Source: the human T2T-CHM13v2.0 reference genome, Homo sapiens
Assembly: GCF_009914755.1 (NCBI RefSeq)
Contig: NC_060932.1
Length of the DNA: 64,000 nt
Strand: one strand, 5' to 3'
Shown here: positions 24,994 through 37,079 of the stretch, piece after piece
How the letters are laid out: every line of letters begins with the position of its first letter
Numbering within the stretch: position 1 is the stretch's first letter
Notes under the pieces: model-generated
The model's input: the letters and a program-made list of their open reading frames with translations, nothing else
Told to the model about the DNA's origin: nothing
Databases searched by the model: none
Position numbers and translations under genes: made by a program

Positions 24994-27900
24994 CTAGAAA
25001 GAAATAGTTTCAGACAATGAGTTATGCTCATATATAATTAAGTTTAACAATCATTTGAAATGTCAAAGAATGTTTAAATACAGTGAAACAGGGACACGGA
25101 GTTGCAAAGTAGTTCCCAGTTGTGGTAACCATAAACTTGTCACCAAAAGGTCAACTTTTCCTTCTCTCTTACTTTTTCAGGAAGAGGATACTGACGGACA
25201 TCTTCAATTTGCTGTATAGTGAATGTCAAAAAAGATAAAAACTTGTTTTAGAGAACACAAAATTTAAAGTAAAGAAAATAAAACTTTTGGAAGCATTTGG
25301 AAACAGATGCATAAGTAAATGAGTATATGTAAGATCCTATTAACAGCTAAAGTTAACTTTGTCTTCCTAAGAGTAACAGCTAATTATAAATGTATTTTAT
25401 TATGGATACGTTAAGCATTCAAAACATAAGTGAGAAATATCCCCAAGTTTCCTTTAAGTAAAAGACTAAAGAAGAAATCTATAAATATTTAACTTTTAGC
25501 CCCACCCTGAATTCATTAGAAAAATATTTCTTTTATTTCCTCTTTTATTTCCTCTTAATAGAGAACAAAATTAACATGGCTAGATAGAAGTTATAGAATA
25601 GCTACATTTAGATATTAGTTTCAATAATTTCTTCCACATTTCATAGCCAAAAATGTGCGAAACTGAGTTAGTGCCACAAAATTTCCTTTGTGTATCATCT
25701 AGTGACTCCAGCAAAGAGTAACAAAAGTGGATTACACAGCCTGGGGAGAATATAGGTTTAACAACAAGAACAAGAACAGTGAAAGCATTCATTACAATGA
25801 TATACTTTTTGTTAGCCAACTCTTAACTAGGAACTGAGTCAAAATGAGCCTCAAACATAACAATATAATATTTTATTCTCAGGAGGAGTTAATACATGAT
25901 CGTATAATCTCTCTGGCTATTTTATATTCTTATTTTGTTTTATTTTCATCTTTTCCCCTTCCTTTCGATGACCAGTTCCTTTACAAAACTCATCGCTACA
26001 TTCCCTTCATCTAAATAATACAAATTCTAACATTAATTTCCACATCTTCTTCACATTGAAATAAATTGAAAAGCAATTGGTCTAAACTCAAGTATATCAT
26101 AAAAATTTAATGTGCAATATATCTTAATGTGTCTGCTAATGATTCAAAAGTATCTTTAAAATTTCATACAGAGTTTTAGAACTAGAAATGGTAGTCAAAT
26201 GGATGGGCGTAGTGAAGAAACATTATATTTATGTCCATTAGACACATAAAAGTGTTTGTTTGGCTGGAAAGCAAGGTATTTTGTTTTTAAAGGATTGTCT
26301 TCTCTTTCCTTAACTGCTATTGTATAGCAATAACTCTGGATCAATGAGCATGCAGAAGCTTAATAAATATTATTTGATGATGGGGTCTGATGATCTAGAA
26401 ATGAGACAATTGTCATAATATGTATCAAATGATCTAAATTTAAATAATGGAATGAACAAAATACATGAGAAAAATGTTACTCTGACCCATTTTAAATTAG
26501 CAATATTTAATTCTGATGAAAAAAATCTTGACAAGTGTTCACTCTAATTTCACATCTCTACAGTCAAACTATTCATGTCATTATTCCTGCTGAGCTATAA
26601 ACAGTTCAGAACAATGAAAATGGTGACACATCAAAGGCCTCCGGTCAGGGTTACCAAGCAAGTTTCTAACAAGAATTCTGAAAGATATTTGAAGATTGTA
26701 GATTTATCACAAAGTAACTTCTTGTTTTATCCTGTATATGCCCTATAATAATCTCTTGATGCTATGGCGGGGGGTGGGGGGTGAGCAGCAGGAATAAACA
26801 GATGCAAGAGGATTATCTTAATTCATATTTTTTATACAGATATGAAATATTTTGGATAATGTATCTGTCATAAAACACATGCAAATATCTAAGAGTCAAT
26901 ACTAAAATGAGAATTTTTCACTCTACTTCAACTGCCATATAACCATTGGTTAAATAATGTATTCTATTTCAATTCAACTCTCATATTCTTAGAGAATAAT
27001 ACTTCCAGATTTGTATTCAAGTTGATATTAACATTTGAAACTGTATTTATAATAAAAAGACAGTATTAAAAGTTATTGTATACCTGGTACTTTTCCAAGC
27101 AGTGCATCTGTCATAAATTTAGCATTCTCCTTGTCGACTATGATATCCAAAAGTGTATATTGCAAAATGTGGTTTTAGTTTACTAAGTGACAACATTTAC
27201 AGGAGTGTCTGGTAGGTTCTTTATAACTAAAGCCAGATCATTCCATTGTACCCAAAGAGGTTTTCAACATTTAAATATTTATGGCTTCAAGAAAGATACC
27301 TATGCCCACATGATTGTAAAAAATATAAAATATAGAAGTCCCTGACTTCTGCGTACTTACACCTAAGGGAAAAAAAAAACACAGTTACATAATCTAGATT
27401 TTATATGTAGACTGTTTCTTGAACACAACTGATTCTGATTTTGGTTGTATCAGTGATGCAATAACCAAAGTAGCTATTTGACAGTTGCTCATTAAATCTT
27501 ATGTGGAGAGAAAAACTTGGTAATTCAAGCCTATGAAGCCAATCTGGGGCCTCAATCAAGCCCAATGTCTGAGCTTCCTTAGGAACAGGTTCTACTGCAT
27601 TTTTCTGTGTATGAACTAACCTATTAGTTCTTTATGTGTTTCATAATTTTAAATTGAAAATCAAACATATTTGATAATGTAATGTGGAAACTCTGCAAAC
27701 TAGATCGTCCCTGAGGTTTGTTGTTACTGTTATTTGCTCTTTGTTGTTGTTGTTAGAATCCCTTTGTTTAGTAACTTTACTGAACTAATTCTATAGAGAC
27801 TGTATTCAATAGTATATGGTCACTGAAGTCTCTGCACAGTTACCTTATTGGTCATCTGCTGTGGTTTAATGTGTCCCCCAAAATTCATGTTGGAAACTTA

Positions 27901-28301
27901 ATTTCCAGTGCAACAGTTTTGAGAGGTGGGATCTGTAAGAGGAGAGTGGATCATAAGGACTCTGCCCTCATGAATAACTTAATGCCATTATTGTGAGAGT
28001 GGGTTAGTTATCATAGAAGTTAGTTCATAATACAAAGATAAATTCAGTTTACTTCCTCATTCTCTCTTGTGCATGCTCTTTGGCCCTTCTGCCTTCCACC
28101 ATGGGATAATGCATTCACAAGGCCCTTGCCAGAGGCAGGCCCCTCCAGCTTAGACTTCCCAGTCTCCACAATCATAAGAAATAAATATCTGTTCTTTACA
28201 CATTTTCTAATCTCAAAGGTTTTGTTATAGCAGCACCAAATAGACTAAGACAGAAAACTGGTACCAAGAAGTAGGGGTGCTGCTATAACAAACACCTGGA
28301 A

Positions 28302-28694
28302 ATGTGGAAGTGGCTTTGGAAATGTGCAATGGGGAGGGGCTGGATGAATTTGAAAGAGCAGGCTAGAAAAACCCTGTATTGCCATGAAGGAAGCATTAAA
28401 GGTGATTCTGGGGGGTGCTCAGAAGAAATGGTGAGATGTAAGGAAAGTCTGAATCTTCTTAGGGATTATTTGAGTAGTCATAATCAGAATGTTTGTAGAA
28501 ACATGAAAAGTAAAGGCCATTTTGATGAGGTCTCAGATGGAAATGGGAGACATCTTATTGGGACCTGGAGTAAAGGCTATCCTTGTTATAAATTGGCAAA
28601 GAACGTGGCTGAATTGCTTCCATGTCAAATACTTTATATGGAAGACAGAATGTACAAGCAATGGACTAAAGTATCTGCCAGAATAAATTTCTAA
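28302..28694 (+). pseudogene. Remnant of the MaLR internal ORF (130 open codons)
   Basis: GRGW...ESLNLLRDYL...EVSDGN...IGTWSKG..CY.LAK..AEL resembles the THE1/MST internal ORF. It is truncated by downstream stops and an Alu. Confidence 0.7.
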
Positions 28695-29706
28695 GCAAAT
28701 TACTGAAGGAGTTGTATGACTGCCTTTTACCTCATATAGTGAGATGTGCAAAAAAAGAAATGACTAAAAGGTAAAATTTACAATTAAAAGAGAAACAGGA
28801 GGAAAAGATTTATAAAACTCTCAGCCTGGCCATGTAAAGAATAAAAAAAAAGTGTGCTGAGGAGAGAATACTAAAGGTGTGACCAAGCAACCCTTTGCTA
28901 AAGAGATTACTAGGGAGAGAAGGGGACCAGGTGCTATTCATCAGGACAATGAGAGAAAGACCTCAAAGACATTTCAGAGATCTCTGAGAATGCCCCTCCC
29001 AAAATAGATCCAGAAGATCTTAAGGGCAACATCTCCAGAGAGGCTTCCAGGGGACCTCTGTATTCACTGCCTGGAGTTGCCTTGGGACTCTGTTTCTCAC
29101 ATTCCAGCACAGCACCCCTCAGCCATGCCAGCTGTGGCTTAAGCAGGCCCAGGTGAAGTTTGTGCTGCAGCTCCGGGGACACAAGGGATAAGTCTTAGCA
29201 GGGTTCATGTAGTGCTGATTCTGCAGACTTACTGATTTCATGAGCTGTGGGGCCATGGAGGCCCCCAACTAGACTTCAAAAGATGTTCTGGACAGCCTGG
29301 GGACCCAGGCAGAAACTTGTTGCAGGGATGAAGCCACTGCAGAGAGCCCTGACTAGGGCAATGCCTAGTGAAGCCACAGGAGAAAAGCCACCTCAGAGAC
29401 TCAAGAATTATAGAGCTACCAGTGTGCAATTACAGTCTGGGAAAGAACCAGTCAAGAGACTCCAACCTGTGAGAGCTGCTGGGTGGTTTGAACCCAACAA
29501 AGCCATATGGGGAGGGTTGCCTGAGGCCTTAGGGGCCCAATGCCTGCCCCAATGTGACCAGGATGTGGGACATGGAGTCAAAGGATATTATGTCCAGCTT
29601 TAAGATTTAATGTTGTTTTCCCTGTTGGGTTTTGGACTTGCTTGGAATCTGTTACTACTTTTTTCTTGCCTAATTCTCCCTTTTGGAATGGGAATGTCTG
29701 TGGTAG

Positions 29707-30114
<408 letters not shown>

Positions 30115-31741
30115 TGATGCCTTGAGTCTTACCCACATGTGATTTTAAATGAGACTTTGGATTTTGAAATTTTGAGTCGATACTGGAAGGAGGTAAGACT
30201 TTTGGGACTATTGAGATGGAATGAATGTATTTTGCATTGTAAGAAGGACATGAACTTTGAAGGCCAGGGCTAGAATGCTATAATTTGAATGTGTCCTGAA
30301 AAGTTCATGTTTTGGAAACTTAATCTCCAATTCAACAACATTGAGAGGTGGGACTTTTAAGAGATTATTAGGTCATAAGGGCTCTGCCCTCATGAATGAA
30401 TTAGTTATCACAGGAGTGGGCTCATGATAAAAGAATGAGCTTGGTCCCTTTCCTCTTGCTTTCTTGTATGTGCTCTTTTGTCCTTTATTCTTCCCCATTA
30501 GGATGATGCGTTGACCTTTGACTTTCCAGACTCCAGAACTTTAAAAAATAGATTTCTTTTCTTTATAAATTACCCAGTCTCAGGTATTCTGTTATAGCAG
30601 CACCAAATGGACTAAGACATCATGTAATGACTGGACAGATATTTCCTTAAATGCTTTGAACCACTAAGTCTCTTAATTTTGCTGAGGAGCTATGTGACTA
30701 TTTGTGTGTGTGTCTGTATATGTGCATGCAGGTATATGTGTATGTTTTTGTGTTGGGGTACATCTCCATGCTACAACAGAGGTTTATAGTTATGCCTTAG
30801 CCTTCACTTCTGCTTGTGAAGAGCCTTAAGTCCACCAAGAGGTAAGAGATTATAGGTTCCTCACATCTTTAATGGGCATGATATAGCCCTGCTCGTGCAC
30901 ATGACCTTCTAGATTCTCAGGAATCTGTCAGACCTTTTAAAAAATTCTATGGGCATGTTGTTCCCCTGTTTTTGCTTTTATTCTTTGGTCAGTCTCATGT
31001 TTAACCCCACTAGTAATGATGCTTCAGGCAACTACAATGTTAAACACTTGTTGTTCATTGTTTTTGTCAAATGCCACAGAGAAAGGGCTCTTCACACAGA
31101 GTTAGCTCTAAGTAAAGTCAAATAAAGACAAGTTTTGAGAAAGGGGCTTTTCAGTGAGTTTCCAGACTGGTCAAATTGTGACAAGTCTTGAGGATGGGGG
31201 CTTTGCATATCTCCAAATGAATTTTGCCTTCTCCAGTGGCTGCTACGCTAACGTTTTCCGTAACTACTGTAGTTGAAAGGCTAAAGAAAAGAAAATGGCA
31301 TTAAGGCAAGTTAAAACACCACAAAGATTGCAGATATTACTGAGATTCACCTGTTTTTCTGAAATAAACACTCCTTAGATGGTTTTAAGATTTTAGTTAA
31401 TTTTCAGGTTTCTGGAAAACATTGATTTTGATAGTTTTCACCAGTGTTCTCACTGGCTTTATATAAAAGCAGATTTTCAGAGGTTTTTACTTTCCACTCA
31501 AGAAGTACTTCTCCTCCATAGCTTTAATTTTACTATCATCACATTTAAAGTTAGTATGTTGGATTTTTACATTAATTTTCATTCATTTACAATTTTTATA
31601 ACCATAAAATAGGATACAATGGCTGAGTCAAACAGAGGTTGCTGCTTAAAAGCTCAGTGTTGGTAATCTATCAGTTATTTCAGGCTGAATGTTTCAAATT
31701 CTCTTTTTGTTTTTTACTTAATTTTTGCAGGTACATAATAG

Positions 31742-31794
<53 letters not shown>
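31742..31794 (+). repeat. (TG)n(TA)n microsatellite in the L1 3' end
   Basis: Seen directly. Confidence 0.95.
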
Positions 31795-31796
<2 letters not shown>

Positions 31797-31920
31797 TGGG
31801 GGTACATGAGCTATTTTGATACAAGCATATAATGCATGATAATCACATCAGGGTAAATGCGGTATCTATCTCCTCCAGAATTTTCCTTTCTTTGTGTTGC
31901 AAACAATCTGATTATACTAC

Positions 31921-32205
31921 TTTTTTTTTTTTTTCTGGAGTCTCACTCTGTCATCAGGCCAGAGTGCAGTGGCACAATCTCGTCTCATTGTAACCTCTGA
32001 CTCCTCTGATTCTCCTGCCTCAGCCTCCCAAGTAACTGGGTTTACAGGCACATGACACCATGGCCAGCTAATTTTTGTATTTTTAGTAGAGATGGGGTTT
32101 CACCATGTTAGCCAGGATGGTCTCAATCTCTTGACCTCGTGATCTGCCCACCTTAGCCTCCCAAATCACACCTGGGATTACAGGCATGAGCCACTGCACT
32201 TGGCC
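31921..32205 (-). mobile_element. AluS (Sc-like) with small internal deletions, nested in the L1MA 3' end
   Basis: T-tail and 'ttagccaggatggtctcaatctcttgacctcgtgatctgccc'. Confidence 0.9.
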
Positions 32206-35200
32206 TTTTTCATTATTTTTAAATGTACAATAAGTTTTATCAAATACTAGATCTTATTCATTCTTACTAACTATATTTCTGTGCCCATTAACCATTCCCA
32301 CTCCTTCCACCCCCTCCCCAATACTCTTCCCAGTCTCTGGTTACCATCCTTTTATTCTCTATTTCCATGAGTTCAATTGTTTAAATTTTTTTAGCTCCCA
32401 CAAATAAGTGAGAAGATGCCCACTTTTTCTTTCTGTACCTGGCTTATTTCACTTGACATAATGACCTCCAGTTACATCCATGTTGTCGCAAATGACAGGA
32501 TCTCATTCTTTTTTCATGGATGAACAGTACTTCATTGTGTATAAGTAACACTTTCTATAGCCATTCATCTATTGATGGACACTTAGGTTGCTTCTGAATC
32601 TTGGCTACTGTGAATAGTGCTGCAATAAACGTAGGAGTGTAGATATCTTTTTGGTATCCTGATTTCCTTTCTTTTGCATATATACTTAGCAGTAGGGTTG
32701 CTGGATCATCTGGTAGCTCTATTTTTAGGTTTTTGGGGGAACCTCCAAACCGTTTTCAATAGTGGTTGTACTAATTTACATTCCCACCAACAGTGTATGA
32801 GGGTTTCCTTTCCTCCACATCCTCACCAGCATTCGTTCTTGCACCTTTTGGATAAAAGCCATTTTTAACTGAGGTGAGATGATATTTCATTGTATTTTTG
32901 ATTTTCATTTCTCTAATGATTAATGATTTTGAGCATGTTTTCATACACCTGTTTGCTACTTGTATGCTCCTTTTGAGAAATGCCTATTCAGATATTTTGC
33001 CCATTCAAAACTCAGATTATTAAATTTTTTCCTATTGGGTTGTCTGAGCTCTTCATGTATTCCAGTTATTAATCCTTTGTTAGATAGTTTGCAAATATTT
33101 TCTCCCATTCTGTGGGTTGTCCCTTTCACTTTACTGATGGTTTCCTTTGCTGTTCAGGAGCTTTTTAATATGATGTAATCCCACTTCTCCATTTTTGCTT
33201 TGGTTGTCTGAGCTTGTGAACTATGATTCAAGAAATCTTTACCCAATCCAATTTCCTGGAGAGTTTCCCCAATGATTTCCTTTAGTAGTTTCATAGTTTG
33301 AGGTTTAAGTCTAATGCATTTTGATTTGATTTTTGTATATGGTAAAAGATAGGGTTCTAGTTGCAGTCTTCTGAATATAGATATCCAGTTTCCACAGTAC
33401 CATTTTTTGAAGAGACTGTCCATATCTTAATGTATGTTCTTAGCACCTTTATCAAAAATGAGCTCACTGTAGATGTAAGAATTTGTTTCTGAGTTCTCTA
33501 TTCTATTCCATTGGTGTATGTGTCTGGTTTTATGTGAGTACCATGCTGTTTTGGTTACTACAGTTCTGCAGTATAATTTGAAGTCAGTTAATGTGATTCT
33601 TCCAGTTTTGTTCTTTTTGCTCAGGATGGCTTTTGCAATTCTGAGGCTTTTTTGGTTTAATATAAATGTTAGGATTACTTTTTCTATTTCTGTAAAGAAT
33701 TTCATTGGTATTTTGATAGAGATTGCATTGAATTTATAGTTTGCTCTGGGTAGGATAAACAATTTAGCAATATTGATTTTTCCAATCCATGAACATGGAA
33801 TATTTTCCCATTTTTTTGTGTTCTCTTCAAATTTTTATCATTGTTTTATAGTTTTCATTATAGAAATCTTTAACTTATTTGCTTAAGTTTATTCCTAGGT
33901 GTTTTGTTTTATTTGCAGCTATTGCAAATGGGATTACTTTCTTGATTTTTTTTCAGACTCTTTGCTATTGTCATATGGAAATCCTACTGATTTTTGTAGG
34001 TTGATTTTGTACAAAAATCAACTCCAGCAACTATACTGAAATTGCTTATTAATTTTAATAGTTTCTCATAAAGTCTTTTGTTTTTTCCAAATATAAGACC
34101 ATATCATCTGCAAACAAGGATAATTTGATTTCTTCCTTTCCAATTTGGATGTCCTTTCTTTCTTTTGTCTGATTGCTCTAGCTATGACTTCCAGTACCAT
34201 GTTGAATAACGGGGGTGGAAAGTGAGCAGTCTTGTCTTGTTCCAGATCTTAGAGAAAGGGCTTTCACTTTTTCCTCATTCAGTATGATACTAGCTGTGGG
34301 TCTGTCATATATGGCTTTTATTACGTTGAGGTATGTTCCTTCTATACCCAGTTTTTTTGAGGGGTTTTTATCATGAAGGATGTTAAATTTTATCAAATGC
34401 TTTTTCACCATTAATTGAAATGATCATAGGGTTTTTGTCCTTCATTCTATTGATATGATGTATCACATTGTTTGATTTGTGTATGTTGAATCATCCTTGC
34501 ACCCCTGGGATAAATCCCACTTGCTCATGATGAATAATATTTTAATGTGTTGTTGGACTTTGGTTTACCAGAATTTGGTTGAGGATTTTTGCATCAATGT
34601 TCATTAGGAGTGGCCTGTAGTTTTCTTTTTTTTAATGTGTTCTTGTCTGTTTTTGGTATTACAGTAATACTGGCCTTGTAAAATGAGTTTGAAAGTATTC
34701 CTTTCTCCCCTATTTTTTGAAAGTTTGAGTAAGATTGGTATTATTTCTTCCTCGAATGTTTGGTAGAATCTAGCAGTGAAGCCATCAGGTTCTGGGCTTT
34801 TCCTTGTTGAAAGATGTATTATGGATTTGATCTCATTGTTTGTTATTGTTCTGTTCAGGTTTTGGATTTCTTCATGGTTCAATCTTAGTGAGTTGTATGA
34901 GTCTAGGAATTTATCCATTTCCTCTAGGTTAACTAATTTATTGGCATTCAGTTACCCAAAGTAGCTTGTATTTTTTATTTCTGAAATATCACTTGTAATG
35001 CCTCCTTTTTCATCTCTGATGACATACACCCCAAGTCCACTGGTTCCGAGCCCAGCAGAGTACCAGGACTTGCCAAGGAATTGCAGTCCTTGTGGCCTAG
35101 ACTGCCTTTCACGTTTATCTAGGATCCCAGAGTATTTTAGTCCGTGGTGATGACGCTTGCTGAAACTCAGGTTCGTACCACCAGGATAGAAGACTTGCCT

Positions 35201-35878
35201 CTGGCTAGGACTAGTCTAAATGCTCCCTCTGTGGGCACCAGCTAAGTTCTTCCCTGTGTGGCTTTCCACTGTGACAGGGCAGCACTGAGTTCCAAGGCAA
35301 ATTCCCACAATCACTGCACTCTCCCTCATGCAAGTGCACAGATTGTCTCTTAACACCACATGGCCAAAGGTGAAGTACGGGAAAGGGGTGGTATAGGTGA
35401 CTCAAGATTGTCTTTCAAATCCTCTTCAGTGCCTCTTTCCTTAATACGATGTTAAAGCCAGGTACCGGTTCACCTGTTTTTTGCTTCTTATGAAGGTGCT
35501 TGTTTTGTGTGAATAGTTGTTCAGTTTGGTGTTCCTGTGGGGGGATGATCGCTAGAGGATTCTGTTCAGCCATTTTGCTCATCAGGTTAATTTCTTATAT
35601 ATAGCCTATATTTAAGTAATTTTATAAAATTTCAATGTGAAAATCTGTCCTTTAATTAGTATGTTTAGGTGTTTACATTTAATAAAACTATTGATATGTT
35701 TTCATTAAGGTCTAACTTTTTTGTTTCTCTTTGTTCCCTTTGATTTTTGTTGCTCTTTCATTTTCCTTCTTATTGTATTACTTGAACAATTTTTAGTGTT
35801 CCATTTAAATTATGTATTGTGATTTTGACTCTAGATTAATGTTTTAATGGTTGCCCTAGAAATTATAAAATATATACC

Positions 35879-36121
35879 TAACTTTCCAGACTAAATCAAA
35901 TCAATTTTTATTCAATTTCTTATTTTTAAATATATTCTAAATTATGTTTAAAATTTTAACATTTTAAAAACTTTAGTAATCCAATACATTTCATATTTTA
36001 ACTTTCCAGACTAACTCAAATCAATTTTTATTCAATTTCTTATTTTTAAATATATTCTAAATTATGTTTAAAATTTTAACATTTTAAAAACTTTAGTAAC
36101 CCAATACATTTCACATTTTAA
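35879..36121 (+). repeat. 120-bp tandem duplication x2 (3 mismatches)
   Basis: 35881-36000 and 36001-36120 differ only at 35895/36015, 35980/36100 and 35994/36114. Confidence 0.97.
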
Positions 36122-36759
36122 TGTAATGGAAATAAGAAGTGCATTTATTTTTAGTGTTGACTTTGCTAGTTATTGTTTATATCATTTGACTTTGCTGTGC
36201 TCATTTAAGAGCAGCTTTGACATTTGTCATTGGTTATGGAAGTTTTATCCAGACAGTAGATTTTTTAAATAATTCAAGCACTTAAATGTCTACATATAAA
36301 GAATTATACACGTGAATATACTATTGTAGCACAGGTGTTTTTGATAATTAAATGCCAGGCAAGATATTGGTGTCCCTGCTTGATGCATGTTCTTATTATA
36401 GCCTAATAGTTTTGCAATAAAATGTGAAAGGTACATGCATAGTTAGGAGGATTATTATACTCTGGTTGCTGACATTTTATATTAATAATAAAAACTGCAG
36501 GCTATAGGTGCCTGTGATTCTGTTGCAGAATAAAATTTCCTATTACTCTTTTCTCATGTTGTGATCAGTTTAATTGAAGAGTATCCTGAAATTGCTAGAT
36601 CTATACTATTAATAAGATAGTTATCATATTTAACTATTTATTTGTATCAATAAATTTTTCTCAATAGTATGTCATCAAAACAAAGTACAGAAATGAGTAT
36701 TACGTTCAGGGTGATAACTAATGTGTAAATGAAACAGGTCAAGTGCCTGTTATCCCAAA

Positions 36760-37025
36760 CCTTGTGTAAAAGACAAATAATAAACAAACAAAAATTGTTC
36801 AATTTATCAGGTGATAAAAAGCACTAAAAAGAAGAATACAGTTGGCAATGGGCAGACAATCAAAGCGAGATATGTATTGTTTTAGATATGGCAGTCAAAG
36901 GAGTCCTCCTTAATAAGATTTCATTTGAGCCTATACTCAAATGAAGTTAGCAAAGAAGCCATGTGGGTAGATGATAGAAGCAATTTCAAATATTGGAAAT
37001 ATTGAAGTGCAAAGATTCAAAAAAC
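36760..37025 (-). mobile_element. L2 fragment
   Basis: 'ggcagtcaaaggagtcctccttaataagatttcatttgagcctatactcaaatgaag...gaagccatgtggg'. Confidence 0.65.
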
Positions 37026-37079
37026 ACTAACTCCTAGAAGGAGTTTAACAGATAAGTTGATTAAAAAAAAATCAATTCC

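Larger units (their letters stand above)
31703..35582 (-). mobile_element. L1MA (L1MA2/3-like) retaining the 3' end, 3' half of ORF2 and the 5'-terminal ~560 bp, with a large internal deletion at ~35020
   Basis: 3' end 'gtacatgagctattttgatacaagcat'. ORF2 fragments in the ORF track (33427..33762, 34604..34918). L1M1-like 5' UTR at 35021-35582. Confidence 0.85.

Noticed and set aside
26765-26782. G-rich tract (possible G-quadruplex)
   Set aside because: Short, common motif with no promoter or other functional context.
33154-34964. ORFs resembling reverse transcriptase proteins (also 45458-46835 and 52505-53036)
   Set aside because: Short frameshifted L1 ORF2 remnants. No intact L1.
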